From Patescibacteria group bacterium (GTDB lineage: Bacteria; Patescibacteriota; UBA1384; GWA2-35-9; JBASTP01), in the NCBI GenBank assembly GCA_049274945.1, contig JBASTP010000002.1, forward strand, positions 81,216 to 145,215: a stretch of 64,000 nt of DNA. Reading direction: 5' to 3'. Below the pieces are notes generated by a model that saw only the letters and a program-made list of their open reading frames with translations, did not search any database and had not been told where the DNA came from. Positions 15,927 through 25,613 of the stretch are shown here, piece after piece. Position numbers and translations under genes: made by a program. Position 1 is the first letter of the stretch. Every line of letters begins with the position of its first letter.

Positions 15927-16733
15927 TTAAACATGCCCAAGTTCCAGATAAATCCCCTGGGCATGGGCGTGCTCAATGAAAGCTTGATCTGACCAGTAAT
16001 AAGCAATCAATCGTCCGTCAAATTGACAGACCCCCTCCTTTGGACTTTTCAAGGTTGTATTCAGGTCAGACGAGTGGGAGGTAACTATGGGACACGTACG
16101 ATCGCTGTATTCCACAACCAAGTGATAGAATTCAGCAGGCTGCCAGTGATGTTGCCGAAAGTTGACGAGTGATTCTTTAGCTTCAAAGAACAACCGTTGT
16201 TCAAGAAAATCCAGATGTCGCCGGCTGCCTCGTATGATGGTCGAGTTGTGATCCTCACCCTCCCAAAATGGTCCTGGGATCTCGCATTGTATCCGTACCA
16301 CCTGGGGAATTGCCTTTAATAACTCAATCGAGTGAAACCAACCATCACTGATGAGTTCTGGGGTGTATTCTGGTCTCAGTGGAAAAACCGGGTTGCCTGT
16401 TCTTTTAGAACTAATAATCGCACGCCTTCGATCAACCACCAATCCAGTTGGTTTGGCTATGACTTTCTCAAAGAAAGGAAACCATGTTTCGTCATCAAGC
16501 AATGAAACAACTTTAGCCTTGATCTCTTCGGGGTGAAAAAGCAAGAACTTTACCTTCTCGGCAGTTGGACAGAGAAAAAAATCTGCTGTAACTTTAATCC
16601 TGCCAGTGACGAAATCGTACATACGGTATTCGATAACATCCGGAATCGAGCAAGATCCTTTTGGGACAATGCCAGTCTCAAAACAGGACATCTGCGTTCC
16701 CTCCATGTCTGCTACTATTGAACTGGTTGTCAA
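15927..16733 (-). CDS. Hypothetical protein (268 aa), no recognised domain
   Basis: Long ORF flanked by AT-rich non-coding DNA and its own terminator. Composition slightly lower in GC than the core. Confidence 0.5.
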   Translation of the reverse strand: MTTSSIVADMEGTQMSCFETGIVPKGSCSIPDVIEYRMYDFVTGRIKVTADFFLCPTAEKVKFLLFHPEEIKAKVVSLLDDETWFPFFEKVIAKPTGLVVDRRRAIISSKRTGNPVFPLRPEYTPELISDGWFHSIELLKAIPQVVRIQCEIPGPFWEGEDHNSTIIRGSRRHLDFLEQRLFFEAKESLVNFRQHHWQPAEFYHLVVEYSDRTCPIVTSHSSDLNTTLKSPKEGVCQFDGRLIAYYWSDQAFIEHAHAQGIYLELGHV

Positions 16734-16851
16734 TATGCAAGGTATTCTTGGTACTGCACAAGCCTAATAGCATCAAAAGTATATCAAAAAGATCAGGTAT
16801 TGTGAACCCATTAGAGAACCTTACAATACAATACAATAAATAACATGCCTT

Positions 16852-17799
16852 TCATTCTTTTGGCCTGACAAAAATCATCTTCCCGGCGGCGGTTTGGAAA
16901 ATCCGTTCTACCTCAGTGTCGATGTCTTGGCCAACGTACTGGCTGCCGTCCTCAACCACAATCATCGTACCGTCAGGCAAAAAACCAACGCCCTGCCCCC
17001 TACCTTTGCCTTTCTGGATCACCCTCACAAGGAGCGACTCGCCGGGCACCACCGCCGGGCGCAGTGAGTTAGCGAGTTCATTGACGTTCAACACCATTAC
17101 TCCCGAGATCGAGGCCACTTTATTCAAATTGTAGTCGCTCGTGATAATTCTCGCGCGCCGTGATTTGGCAACTTTAACAAGTTTTTCATCCACCTTGTCG
17201 GTGCGGGTCGGGTTGTCTTCAATAACCGCGAAGCCAACTTTCGGATGTTTTTGTAGATCGGTGAGCACCTCGAGTCCCCGTCTGCCCTTAGCCCGTTTAA
17301 TAGGATCAGCGGAGTCAGCCACATTCTGGAGTTCATTCAATACAAATCGGGGTACAATCAATTTATCGGTAATGAACCCAGTTTCGATCACCTCCGAAAT
17401 CCTGCCGTCAATGAGCGATGACGTGTCCAAGACGAGCTCGCGGCCCTCTTTGCGCTCTTCGGGATAGGCAAACGCGAGTAGGCGCTGATAGATTACGCTC
17501 GTCACGTCAGAGACTTTTCGCGATTGGGTAACGAAAAAGTCAAACACGACAATGGTAAGGAATGCCTGAACAATAAGCGGCAACCACTGGCCATACGCAC
17601 CCGGCAGCTGGCGGAAAAACCCAGCGGCAAGCGAGCCAACCAGTAATCCAAGGAGTAACCCGATAAGGCTAAAGATAAAATACGTCACCGGCACCCGGAA
17701 TAACCGCCGAGTCAGAAAGTACAGCACGAACGCCACGCCGAGCGCAACGACAAAGATTGTGAAGCCATCCTCGGGAATGTTTTGAAAAAAGTAGTTCAT
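16852..17799 (-). CDS. PIN plus TRAM domain membrane protein (YacL-like)
   Basis: N-terminal transmembrane helices, a PIN-like core (LVLDTSSLIDGRI...) and a C-terminal TRAM-like beta-barrel. Lies directly downstream of radA, as yacL does in Bacillus. Confidence 0.65.
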   Translation of the reverse strand: MNYFFQNIPEDGFTIFVVALGVAFVLYFLTRRLFRVPVTYFIFSLIGLLLGLLVGSLAAGFFRQLPGAYGQWLPLIVQAFLTIVVFDFFVTQSRKVSDVTSVIYQRLLAFAYPEERKEGRELVLDTSSLIDGRISEVIETGFITDKLIVPRFVLNELQNVADSADPIKRAKGRRGLEVLTDLQKHPKVGFAVIEDNPTRTDKVDEKLVKVAKSRRARIITSDYNLNKVASISGVMVLNVNELANSLRPAVVPGESLLVRVIQKGKGRGQGVGFLPDGTMIVVEDGSQYVGQDIDTEVERIFQTAAGKMIFVRPKE

Positions 17800-17802
17800 A
17801 TA

Positions 17803-19095
17803 TTACTTCTTGAGCAACTTTGCGATTAATTCACCAATGGTGCTTGCTTGTGGCGCGAGGATGTACCCCAACCGTTTTACCTCTTGCTCGCGGGCGTTTG
17901 CCTGAGACACTTTGCGGATCTCGCCGCTTAATCCAATCTCGCCAAAAATACAGATATTGCTTTCTGCCGCTAGATTCATTCGCGCCGAGGCGATCGCTAC
18001 TGCCACCGCAAGGTCAGCGGCGGGCTCCTTGAGTTTAACGCCTCCCACCACATTAATATAGATGTCTTGATCGGCGAGTTTGATGCCGGCGCGCTGCTGC
18101 AGCACCGCGGCAATCAAGTTTAACCGATTCACGTCAAACCCGTTGGCCGACCGTTTGGGGTAACCAAAGGCAGTGCCACTGGTGAGCGCCTGGACCTCTA
18201 CCAAGAACGGTCGGGTGCCCGACGTTGTACAGGTAATCACCGAGCCTGGCGCTTCACGCCGTTCTGACAAAAACAGCGACGAGGGATTTTTAATTTCCAC
18301 CAAACCCTTTTCGGTCATGGCGAACACGCCGATTTCGTCGGTGGCGCCAAAACGGTTCTTAACGCAGCGGAGAATCCGAAAATTCCGATACGGATCACCC
18401 TCAAGGTAGGCCACCGAGTCAACCAAGTGCTCGAGCATTCGTGGCCCGGCCACCGTGCCTTCCTTGGTAACGTGTCCTACTAAAATTACCGGTACCCGGC
18501 TCGATTTAGCAAATTGCTGGAGCCGCATGGCGCACTCCCGCACCTGCACGATTGAACCCGGGCTCGAAGGAAAATCGGGGTGGTAGACCGTCTGAATCGA
18601 ATCAACGATCAAAAGCTTGGTCTTTTCAGCCTCCAGAGTGTCTAGCATCTGGCCAATTTCAGATGCAGCCACTGCCTGGAATTGCCCCGCAAGGCCAATC
18701 CGCTCCGCTCGCAACTTAATTTGCTCGAGCGATTCTTCGGCAGAAAGATACACCGTGCCGGCAATCTTCTCGGCAACTTGCAGCAGGAGGGTTGACTTGC
18801 CAATGCCGGGATCGCCGCCAATGAGGGTAATGCTGCCGGGCACAATCCCCCCGCCAAACACCCGATCAAACTCAAACACCCCGGTTTCAATTCGGGAAAA
18901 ATCGGTTTGCACTACATCAGCGAGCAGTGAGAGTTGGAGAGGTTCTGTTTTCTGATGTCCCCTACTACCTATTCCCTTTGATACTGTAAACTCTTTGAGC
19001 GAGTTCCACTCCTGGCAGGTTGAGCACTGCCCCTGCCAGCGAATGAACTCCTCGCCGCAGTTAGAACAAACAAAGATCGTCTGGGATTTCGGCAT
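17803..19095 (-). CDS. radA: DNA repair protein RadA/Sms
   Basis: N-terminal C4 zinc finger (CSNCGEEF...CSTCQEW), RecA-like Walker A (GGDPGIGKSTLLLQ), KNRFG motif and a C-terminal Lon-like domain. Confidence 0.9.
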   Translation of the reverse strand: MPKSQTIFVCSNCGEEFIRWQGQCSTCQEWNSLKEFTVSKGIGSRGHQKTEPLQLSLLADVVQTDFSRIETGVFEFDRVFGGGIVPGSITLIGGDPGIGKSTLLLQVAEKIAGTVYLSAEESLEQIKLRAERIGLAGQFQAVAASEIGQMLDTLEAEKTKLLIVDSIQTVYHPDFPSSPGSIVQVRECAMRLQQFAKSSRVPVILVGHVTKEGTVAGPRMLEHLVDSVAYLEGDPYRNFRILRCVKNRFGATDEIGVFAMTEKGLVEIKNPSSLFLSERREAPGSVITCTTSGTRPFLVEVQALTSGTAFGYPKRSANGFDVNRLNLIAAVLQQRAGIKLADQDIYINVVGGVKLKEPAADLAVAVAIASARMNLAAESNICIFGEIGLSGEIRKVSQANAREQEVKRLGYILAPQASTIGELIAKLLKK

Positions 19096-19185
19096 AACAA
19101 CACATAGTAAACCCTATTGAAAACTAAGTCAAAATTTGTAATAATCCCCATCGAGTACTCTAAGTTCATTTACAAGGAGTGATAA

Positions 19186-19590
19186 ATGGCAACCACAAGC
19201 GCTGGGCGAGACAAGTGGTATAACCCCGTTAGCACTTTCGAGAGAAATCAAGCTATAGTTGTGAAGAATATTGGGGGTGGTGTCCGTTCGTCAAAAGACG
19301 ATCCTGATTTTTTTGTAGTAGAAACATCAGGCCTTGGTCCTATATGGGTACCCCAAGGAAATGACGTAGATGGTACCCCACACCTGAGAATTGAGGTGCA
19401 CCCGGAGATCAGTGGTGAGTACTTTGGAGGAGGCATGATCGATGTCAGCGGATATGGAAACAACACGTATGCTATTCTCGCATCTGCAACCGAAGAAGAA
19501 CTCTGTGAATTATTTGAACGAAATGGACTTGAATTCCCAGGCGTAACTGCTCGGTACGAGTTACTACCAAAATTAGTCAAAGTCAGTTAA
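19186..19590 (+). CDS. Hypothetical protein (134 aa)
   Basis: GGAG ribosome-binding site, with an upstream TTGAAA-16-TAATAAT promoter-like sequence at 19118-19146. No family recognised. Confidence 0.5.
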   Translation: MATTSAGRDKWYNPVSTFERNQAIVVKNIGGGVRSSKDDPDFFVVETSGLGPIWVPQGNDVDGTPHLRIEVHPEISGEYFGGGMIDVSGYGNNTYAILASATEEELCELFERNGLEFPGVTARYELLPKLVKVS

Positions 19591-19605
19591 CGCCTATTCT
19601 TCTCG

Positions 19606-19636
19606 ACCTTCACCACCGTAGCACACACGTGACTAC
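19606..19636 (+). terminator. Rho-independent terminator
   Basis: CCGTAGCACACACGTGACTACGG followed by TTTTTTG. Confidence 0.6.
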
Positions 19637-19707
19637 GGTTTTTTGTATCCGGCCCTTAAACCTCACACCTCCGAGGTATGAGGTTTAATTCAGTAACCGG
19701 CGAGAGG

Positions 19708-19833
19708 TACCAGCCGAGGGTGGGTTGCTAGCGCCACAGGAAGGGAGCATCCGATCACATAATACGGATTGTGATACGGAGCGACCGCTCCTGTAGAGCG
19801 CACACCCGAGGCGGTGCCCGAGCCAGGACCCGC
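19708..19833 (-). repeat. R150 repeat family, copy A (3'-UTR element of recJ)
   Basis: About 92% identical to 49357-49503 and shares conserved blocks with 25450-25595 (GCTAGCGCCRCAGGAAGGGAGCATC ... GGAGCGACCGCTCCTG ... CCCGAGCCAGGACCCG). Ends 3 nt from the recJ stop codon. Confidence 0.7.
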
Positions 19834-19835
19834 GA

Positions 19836-21506
19836 TTATTCCGCTTTCCGTATTCCCACCAACTTCAAATCCAAGTGGGTTCTGCCCTGCCAGGTGTTGA
19901 GCTGGGGCCAGAACGCCAGGTCAACCCGGCTGCCCACTGCAACCTGCGGCGCCTGGTCAGCCATGGAAAAACCAATTGCTTTAACGATCGCTTGCGAATG
20001 GTCAAACCCAACTTGGAGCTGCAAGTGGGCCTGCTCAGCACCCACCAATCGCGAACCCTTGACCACCACATTTTTGAGCGCAAGCACCGGATGGGGGTTC
20101 CCCACCCCGAACGGTTCCAAGGTGGAGAGGGTTTGGGTGAGGGCTATGGATAGCTCTTTAGGACTAATCTGGGCGTCAATCGTAATCCTCGGGATAAGAT
20201 CTTGATCGGATAGCTCCTTGTCAGCAAGCTTGCGAAGGGAACTATAAAAAGTGGCTAACTTACCCGAAGGCAGGCTTACCCCGGCGGCTCGGGCATGGCC
20301 GCCGAACGAGATTAAATCGGCCTTAAGTTTCTCAAGATTGTTAACAAGATGAAACGCATCAATCGAACGCGCCGAACCCTTGGCAATACCGTCTTCAATG
20401 CTTAACACAATGGCTGGGCGGTGGTGCTCGTCGGTCAATCTGCCGGCGACCAGGCCCACCACACCGGCGCCCCAGCCTTCCTTAGCTACGAGGATCACCT
20501 TATGGTGATCAAGGTTGCCTGAGGCGACCAGTGCCCTCGCCTCCTGCAACACCCGTTTAAGTTCTTCTTGGCGCTCAAGGTTAATGTCGCTCAGCGACTG
20601 CGCTAACTCTTTGGCTTGGACGCCATCGCGGGAAATCAGGAGGTAAAACGAACGCGAGGCATGGTCCATGCGGCCGGGCGCATTGATCCGCGGCGCCACA
20701 ATAAAACCAATCTGCCAACCGGAAATATCACCGTCGTGGAGCCCCGAAACTTCAAGCAGCGCCCGCAGCCCCAGCCGCTTGCGCTTAGCCATCACCATCA
20801 GGCCGTATTTCGCGATCAGCCGATTCTCTGAAGCGAGCGGCACCATATCTGAGATGGTTGAAATGGCGGCAAGATCCAGCTGCCAGCGGGAAAAATTGGG
20901 CTCATCGGCAGTGAGCGCCTGGGCCACCTTCCAGGCGAGGCCTCCTGCAGCATAATCCTTAAACTTTGATGGGCAGCCGGGCTGCTTGGGATTAATCACA
21001 ATCGCCTTGGGCAAGGTGCTACCGACCAAGTGGTGGTCAATGACGATCACATCCATCTTGGCTTTGCGGGCATAGGCAACCTCTTTTTCCGACCGTATGC
21101 CAAGATCAACGGTTAGAAGGAGCGTTACCCCTTCTTTTTTTAACGCATCGATCCCCTGTTTATTAAGGCCATACCCTTCGGCTCGCGAGGGAATATACAC
21201 CGATGCGTCCGGTCCACCCACCTTGAGCGCCAGGTAGTGGAGCGTTTCCCATAAAATGGCCGCCGCCGGAATGCCGTCGGCATCGTAGTCGGCAAAGATG
21301 CCAATTTTTTCTTTGCGTTCGATCGCTTGGGTAATCCGCTGAGTTGCCTCGGCTACACCCTTGATAGTGAACGGATCGATCGTGTCAGTCTCAAAATTTG
21401 GCTTGAGGAACCGCTCGTGCTCATCCTTTCCGATACCACGGTTCAGTAAAATCTGTTCAATCAGATCATCGGATTGCTTCGGAGCAAATTGCCAGCGCTT
21501 ATGCAT
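19836..21506 (-). CDS. recJ: Single-stranded-DNA-specific exonuclease RecJ
   Basis: DHH motifs (DYDADGI, VIVIDHH) and a DHHA1 domain. 556 aa. Confidence 0.85.
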   Translation of the reverse strand: MHKRWQFAPKQSDDLIEQILLNRGIGKDEHERFLKPNFETDTIDPFTIKGVAEATQRITQAIERKEKIGIFADYDADGIPAAAILWETLHYLALKVGGPDASVYIPSRAEGYGLNKQGIDALKKEGVTLLLTVDLGIRSEKEVAYARKAKMDVIVIDHHLVGSTLPKAIVINPKQPGCPSKFKDYAAGGLAWKVAQALTADEPNFSRWQLDLAAISTISDMVPLASENRLIAKYGLMVMAKRKRLGLRALLEVSGLHDGDISGWQIGFIVAPRINAPGRMDHASRSFYLLISRDGVQAKELAQSLSDINLERQEELKRVLQEARALVASGNLDHHKVILVAKEGWGAGVVGLVAGRLTDEHHRPAIVLSIEDGIAKGSARSIDAFHLVNNLEKLKADLISFGGHARAAGVSLPSGKLATFYSSLRKLADKELSDQDLIPRITIDAQISPKELSIALTQTLSTLEPFGVGNPHPVLALKNVVVKGSRLVGAEQAHLQLQVGFDHSQAIVKAIGFSMADQAPQVAVGSRVDLAFWPQLNTWQGRTHLDLKLVGIRKAE

Positions 21507-21523
21507 TTTTTATAATGTAGGTA

Positions 21524-21612
21524 AACAACCACAGATATCTGATCCACTGATTGACACTGATTAGGACTCCTATCTGTGTTTATCTGTGGAATAAATCAGT
21601 GGTTGTAGTCCT
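21524..21612. repeat. Division/cell-wall cluster junction element A (palindromic, CCACAGAT and CACTGAT motifs)
   Basis: AACCACAGATATCTGATCCACTGATTGACACTGATT...TATCTGTGTTTATCTGTGGAATAAATCAGTGGTTG. Related to the elements at 28986-29085, 30238-30322 and 33490-33530. Confidence 0.7.
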
Positions 21613-21615
21613 ACC

Positions 21616-22428
21616 TTATTTGTAATAAACATATCCTTCCACCCTCAAATCCACGTACTCTTTAATTTGGTCTTTTCGCTCGGTCCACACCAACTTGAGC
21701 GCCTCGAGCTGGCCGGCCAGCGAACGGCTGGTTTCAAAGAGCAAGCGCGGGCCGGTTTCGGTGTGGGCTTCGATCTGAAACGTCGATTGTTTTACGGTAA
21801 AATCCTTGATTTTAAGATCAACTGCTTGGGGTAACTCCGCCACTGCTCGCCGGACGAACTCAATAAAATCGGGGCTCACGACGGGCTGGTCTCGATTGAC
21901 CGCCAACCCTGATTCATCAACTACTTGCTTCGCAGCCTGGACGGTTGGGTGATCAGCCGGCACTTCCTTGTACGCATAGCCCTCCTTATCGAGCAAGTAG
22001 TACTTATCCTGGGATTTCCATAGGAGCACCGGGTCACGCTCAACTACTTGGATCCGCACAATGTCGGGCAGGCCGCGCACAATCTTAATGCGTTTAATTG
22101 AGGGCTGTTGCTCACGAAGTTTCTCCTCTGCCCGATGGCCGCCGAGCAAAAAAATGTTGCGGCCTTTGAGTTTTTCGATCTCGGCCTGCGTTTCCGGTTT
22201 CACTTCGCCTTGGATTTCGAGCTGCCGTACCTGGAACATCGGCGCGGTCAGCAAAAACCAAACGCCAATACCCAATACTGCAACGATTGCAATCGCCACA
22301 ACCCGACGGCCCGAAAACGGGAACGATGGGTCAGGCTTCGATTCTTCCGTCTGACCCAAAATACCGGGCTCGCGCCAAACCGGCTGCCGTTTGCTGCCCC
22401 CTACTTTTTTGCCAGGAAAAAAAATCAC
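21616..22428 (-). CDS. ftsQ: Cell division protein FtsQ/DivIB (POTRA domain)
   Basis: N-terminal transmembrane segment, a POTRA-like region (VRQLEIQGE...), and its position in the division/cell-wall cluster next to ddl. Confidence 0.6.
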   Translation of the reverse strand: MIFFPGKKVGGSKRQPVWREPGILGQTEESKPDPSFPFSGRRVVAIAIVAVLGIGVWFLLTAPMFQVRQLEIQGEVKPETQAEIEKLKGRNIFLLGGHRAEEKLREQQPSIKRIKIVRGLPDIVRIQVVERDPVLLWKSQDKYYLLDKEGYAYKEVPADHPTVQAAKQVVDESGLAVNRDQPVVSPDFIEFVRRAVAELPQAVDLKIKDFTVKQSTFQIEAHTETGPRLLFETSRSLAGQLEALKLVWTERKDQIKEYVDLRVEGYVYYK

Positions 22429-22504
22429 CTGAGGCTCATTGTATCAGATAACTATATTTATTGACTAACTATTGCTATAATATGACTGTTTCAACTTCAG
22501 TGAG

Positions 22505-22993
22505 GTGAGTATCTTGAAAATCAAGACTCTAGCACAGTGCCTGAAAGCAGCAGGTTGTTCAGCACCCATTGCTGAATGGATTGAGAGAGTAAGCGAAAGG
22601 ACACTGGACCTACTATTCATCATTGACCACGATGGCATCATCCGATTTGCTTCTCCTATGCATTCTAAAACATGGGAAGCATTGATCCTTCCAGGAAGCC
22701 GGTGTCAACCGTACTCTTTGTTAGGAACAGACTATTTCGGCCTTTTTAGGGTGAAACCAACGGATAAGAGGATTACAACAATCCCACTCTGGCGGGCGAT
22801 GCACGGCAAGCCGGTCGCGACGAAACCGCCGTACCCAATAATTGGCATGTGGAATAAGAAAACCTACGTAATTGAAACCCTTCCTGCGCGTACAAATCCA
22901 AACATCTACCTGGAAATGTGGAGACTGTCTGGACATCCCTCAGTATTTAAGACGCACGAAATGTTTTTGGATTTCCGACGTCCCTCCAGATAA
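22505..22993 (+). CDS. Stand-alone PAS-like domain protein (GTG start), antisense to the flanking division/cell-wall genes
   Basis: LDLLFIIDHDGIIRFASPMHSKTWEALILPGS...GKPVATKPPYPIIGMWNKKTYVIETLP resembles a PAS fold. Confidence 0.4.
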   Translation: MSILKIKTLAQCLKAAGCSAPIAEWIERVSERTLDLLFIIDHDGIIRFASPMHSKTWEALILPGSRCQPYSLLGTDYFGLFRVKPTDKRITTIPLWRAMHGKPVATKPPYPIIGMWNKKTYVIETLPARTNPNIYLEMWRLSGHPSVFKTHEMFLDFRRPSR

Positions 22994-23061
22994 ATCCTTA
23001 TAGGAAACTCCCCAAGAGACCACTTAATCTTAAGATGGCCTCTTTTTTGTTATCAGACCGA

Positions 23062-24105
23062 TTATTTTCCCCCCAACGCCAAGTGGATTAGTTTTTCTAT
23101 CAACTCCGAAAAATCGTAGCCGGCGCCGCGGGCGGCGTCAGGAAAGAGCGAGGTTGGCGTGAGGCCGGGGATGGTGTTGATTTCCAAAACGTACAAGTTT
23201 TGGCCCCGCGAAGCCTTGGCGAAGTGGGGCGAGCCCCAAATAAAATCTGTGCGGGAAAATCCGCGGCAGCCGATTACCGTATGGGCCTTGATTGCCCACT
23301 CCGTTACGAGTTTTTCGACAGTTTTTGGAATCCGCGCCGGAATAATGTGATCAGAACCCTCTTCCTCGTATTTTGAGGCGTAATCGTAAAATTCGCCCTT
23401 GTTGGCGATAATTTCGACCACCGGCAGGGCCTTCGGGTGCTCGTTGCCCAGTACCGCACAGGTTAGTTCGATGCCGTCAATGAACTGTTGCACAATCACA
23501 TCTTTGTTATATTTTTTCGCGAGGACAATCCCCTGTTTCAACTCTTTTTTATTGCGGCAAATACTCACCCCCAGCGAACTGCCGTGGTAATTCGGTTTAG
23601 TTACCACTGGAAAATCCGCCGTCTTTTTACCCCTGACTACTGCTCCCTGACTACTGACTACTGTATAATCCGGCACCCGCATCCCGGCATCGCGGAAGAG
23701 TGCGAGCGACCGCACTTTGTCCATGCCAAGGGCCGAAGCGAGCACCCCGGAACCGGTGTATGGAATTTTGAGCAGCTCAAGCACTGCCTGAATAGTACCG
23801 TCCTCGCCACCTTTGCCGTGCATCGCAATAAACGCCACATCAATTTTGCCAGAGAGTTCTTTTTGTTTGATTGGCACAAGCGCGTTTCCCCTGACTACTG
23901 GCTCCTGACTACTGACTACTAATTTGACCGGCCGTGCCAACCACTTGCCCTGCTTCGTTATCTCAATCGGCAGGACTTCAAATTTCTTGTTGGCGGTGAG
24001 CGCTTGTACTGCCGCCATCCCCGACGCAAGCGAAACCTCGCGTTCGCCCGAAGCTCCCCCCATTAGTACTGCAACTTTAATCTTCTTTGCCATAGTTATT
24101 ACCAC
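23062..24105 (-). CDS. ddl: D-alanine--D-alanine ligase
   Basis: MAKKIKVAVLMGGASGEREVSLASG, ATP-grasp motifs, C-terminal EINTIPG. Contains two in-frame copies of the peptide VVSSQ(E/G)(P/A)VVRG, encoded by AGTAGTCAG-type mini-repeats. Confidence 0.85.
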   Translation of the reverse strand: MVITMAKKIKVAVLMGGASGEREVSLASGMAAVQALTANKKFEVLPIEITKQGKWLARPVKLVVSSQEPVVRGNALVPIKQKELSGKIDVAFIAMHGKGGEDGTIQAVLELLKIPYTGSGVLASALGMDKVRSLALFRDAGMRVPDYTVVSSQGAVVRGKKTADFPVVTKPNYHGSSLGVSICRNKKELKQGIVLAKKYNKDVIVQQFIDGIELTCAVLGNEHPKALPVVEIIANKGEFYDYASKYEEEGSDHIIPARIPKTVEKLVTEWAIKAHTVIGCRGFSRTDFIWGSPHFAKASRGQNLYVLEINTIPGLTPTSLFPDAARGAGYDFSELIEKLIHLALGGK

Positions 24106-24174
24106 TAGTAAAAAGACCTAACCCTCCTTAGGCCTACACTCATTGTACCATATCCGAACCTGAAAATCAATGGT

Positions 24175-25404
24175 TTAGTGCTCACCTAGCAGCTGCTTCT
24201 CGATCCGCAGCAGCTCGTTGTACTTGGCAATCCGCTCACCGCGGTTTGGCGCCCCGGCTTTAATAAACTGGGAAGCGGTTGCCACGGCCAAGTGGGCAAT
24301 AAACGTATCCTCGGTCTCCCCTGCCCGATGCGAGATTTGCACCGCCATATTGGCATCCTTGGCGAGCTTGATCACCTGCAAGGTCTCGCTGAGCGTGCCA
24401 ATTTGGTTCGGTTTTACCGAGATTGAGTTAGCGGCCTTGCGCTCGATCCCCTGCCCCAGACGGGTGATGTTGGTGGAGAACAAATCGTCCCCGGTGATAA
24501 ACGCGCGTGGCCCGAGCCGCCCGGTAATAGCCGCCCAATCCTGCCAGTCGTCTTCTGCAAAAGGGTCCTCAAGCGTCTCGATGGGATACTCGGTAATCAG
24601 CCGGTCGTAGTAGTCAATCGGAGCATGGGGGTAGGTAACGGCTTTAAGATCGGCAATACCGCCAGCGGCCACGTCGATCGCAATCGAAACTTGGGAGCGC
24701 GGTTCGTAGCCAGCGCGGGCAATTGCCTCGGAAAGAATCTCGACCGCCTCTTCGTTGCTCGAAAACTGCGGCGCGTACCCGCCTTCCTCACCGACGTTAG
24801 TGGAAAGTTTGAGCGCTTCGAGCTGTTTACCGAGCGTCTCAAAGATTCGGCGGCCGATTTCGAGCTTCTCTCGAAAGGACATCTCGCCGGAGGGCACGAT
24901 CATGAAATCCTGGAACGGAATATTGTTGTCGGCGTGGACACCGCCGTTAATGAGGTTGAACATCGGGGTGGGCAGGTGGGCAATCGGCATACCCGGCGAG
25001 TAGAGATCCATAATGTGGCGATAGAGCGGCACGCCCCGTGCCGCCGCAGCGGCACGGGCAATCGCGAGCGATGTCCCCAAAATCGTATTAGCCCCCAAGT
25101 TAGATTTATCTTGGGTACCGTCGAGTTCAATTAAGTACTGATCAAGTTTAGCCTGCTCGATGGCATCTCGCCCCTTGATGGCCGGGCCAATCGAGGTGCG
25201 CAAGGTGTTGACCGATTTCGTAAGATCAGTCTGAATTTTAGCTTCATAGCGGCCCGTCAGAGCACCGGCCGGCACCGAAGCAACGCCGCGAGCCCCACCC
25301 TCGAGTACCACCGTGGCCTCGATCGTCGGCACGCCGCGCGAGTCAAGAATAATTTGGCCGTCAAGTGATTGAATTTTTGACAAAGCACCTCCTTTATGAT
25401 CCAT
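24175..25404 (-). CDS. eno: Enolase
   Basis: ILDSRGVPTIEATV; overall enolase architecture. 409 aa. Confidence 0.9.
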   Translation of the reverse strand: MDHKGGALSKIQSLDGQIILDSRGVPTIEATVVLEGGARGVASVPAGALTGRYEAKIQTDLTKSVNTLRTSIGPAIKGRDAIEQAKLDQYLIELDGTQDKSNLGANTILGTSLAIARAAAAARGVPLYRHIMDLYSPGMPIAHLPTPMFNLINGGVHADNNIPFQDFMIVPSGEMSFREKLEIGRRIFETLGKQLEALKLSTNVGEEGGYAPQFSSNEEAVEILSEAIARAGYEPRSQVSIAIDVAAGGIADLKAVTYPHAPIDYYDRLITEYPIETLEDPFAEDDWQDWAAITGRLGPRAFITGDDLFSTNITRLGQGIERKAANSISVKPNQIGTLSETLQVIKLAKDANMAVQISHRAGETEDTFIAHLAVATASQFIKAGAPNRGERIAKYNELLRIEKQLLGEH

Positions 25405-25449
25405 GCTAGCAGATTGACGGGTGGCGAAGTGGAGCCAAACCGAGGCAGT

Positions 25450-25595
25450 AAGCTAGCGCCGCAGGAAGGGAGCATCAGAGGACCGCAGCGAAGCGAGGTT
25501 CTCGGAGCGACCGCTCCTGCCGAAGTCGCCGTAGGCGACTGAGGCTGACCACTGCAGCAGAGCGCTGCCGAGGTTGGCCCGCGAGCCAGGACCCG
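25450..25595 (-). repeat. R150 repeat family, copy B (between the murB stop and the eno start)
   Basis: Shares the conserved blocks with copies A and C, but with different internal hairpins. Confidence 0.6.
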
Positions 25596-25613
25596 TCAAT
25601 TTGTTCCATTTTA

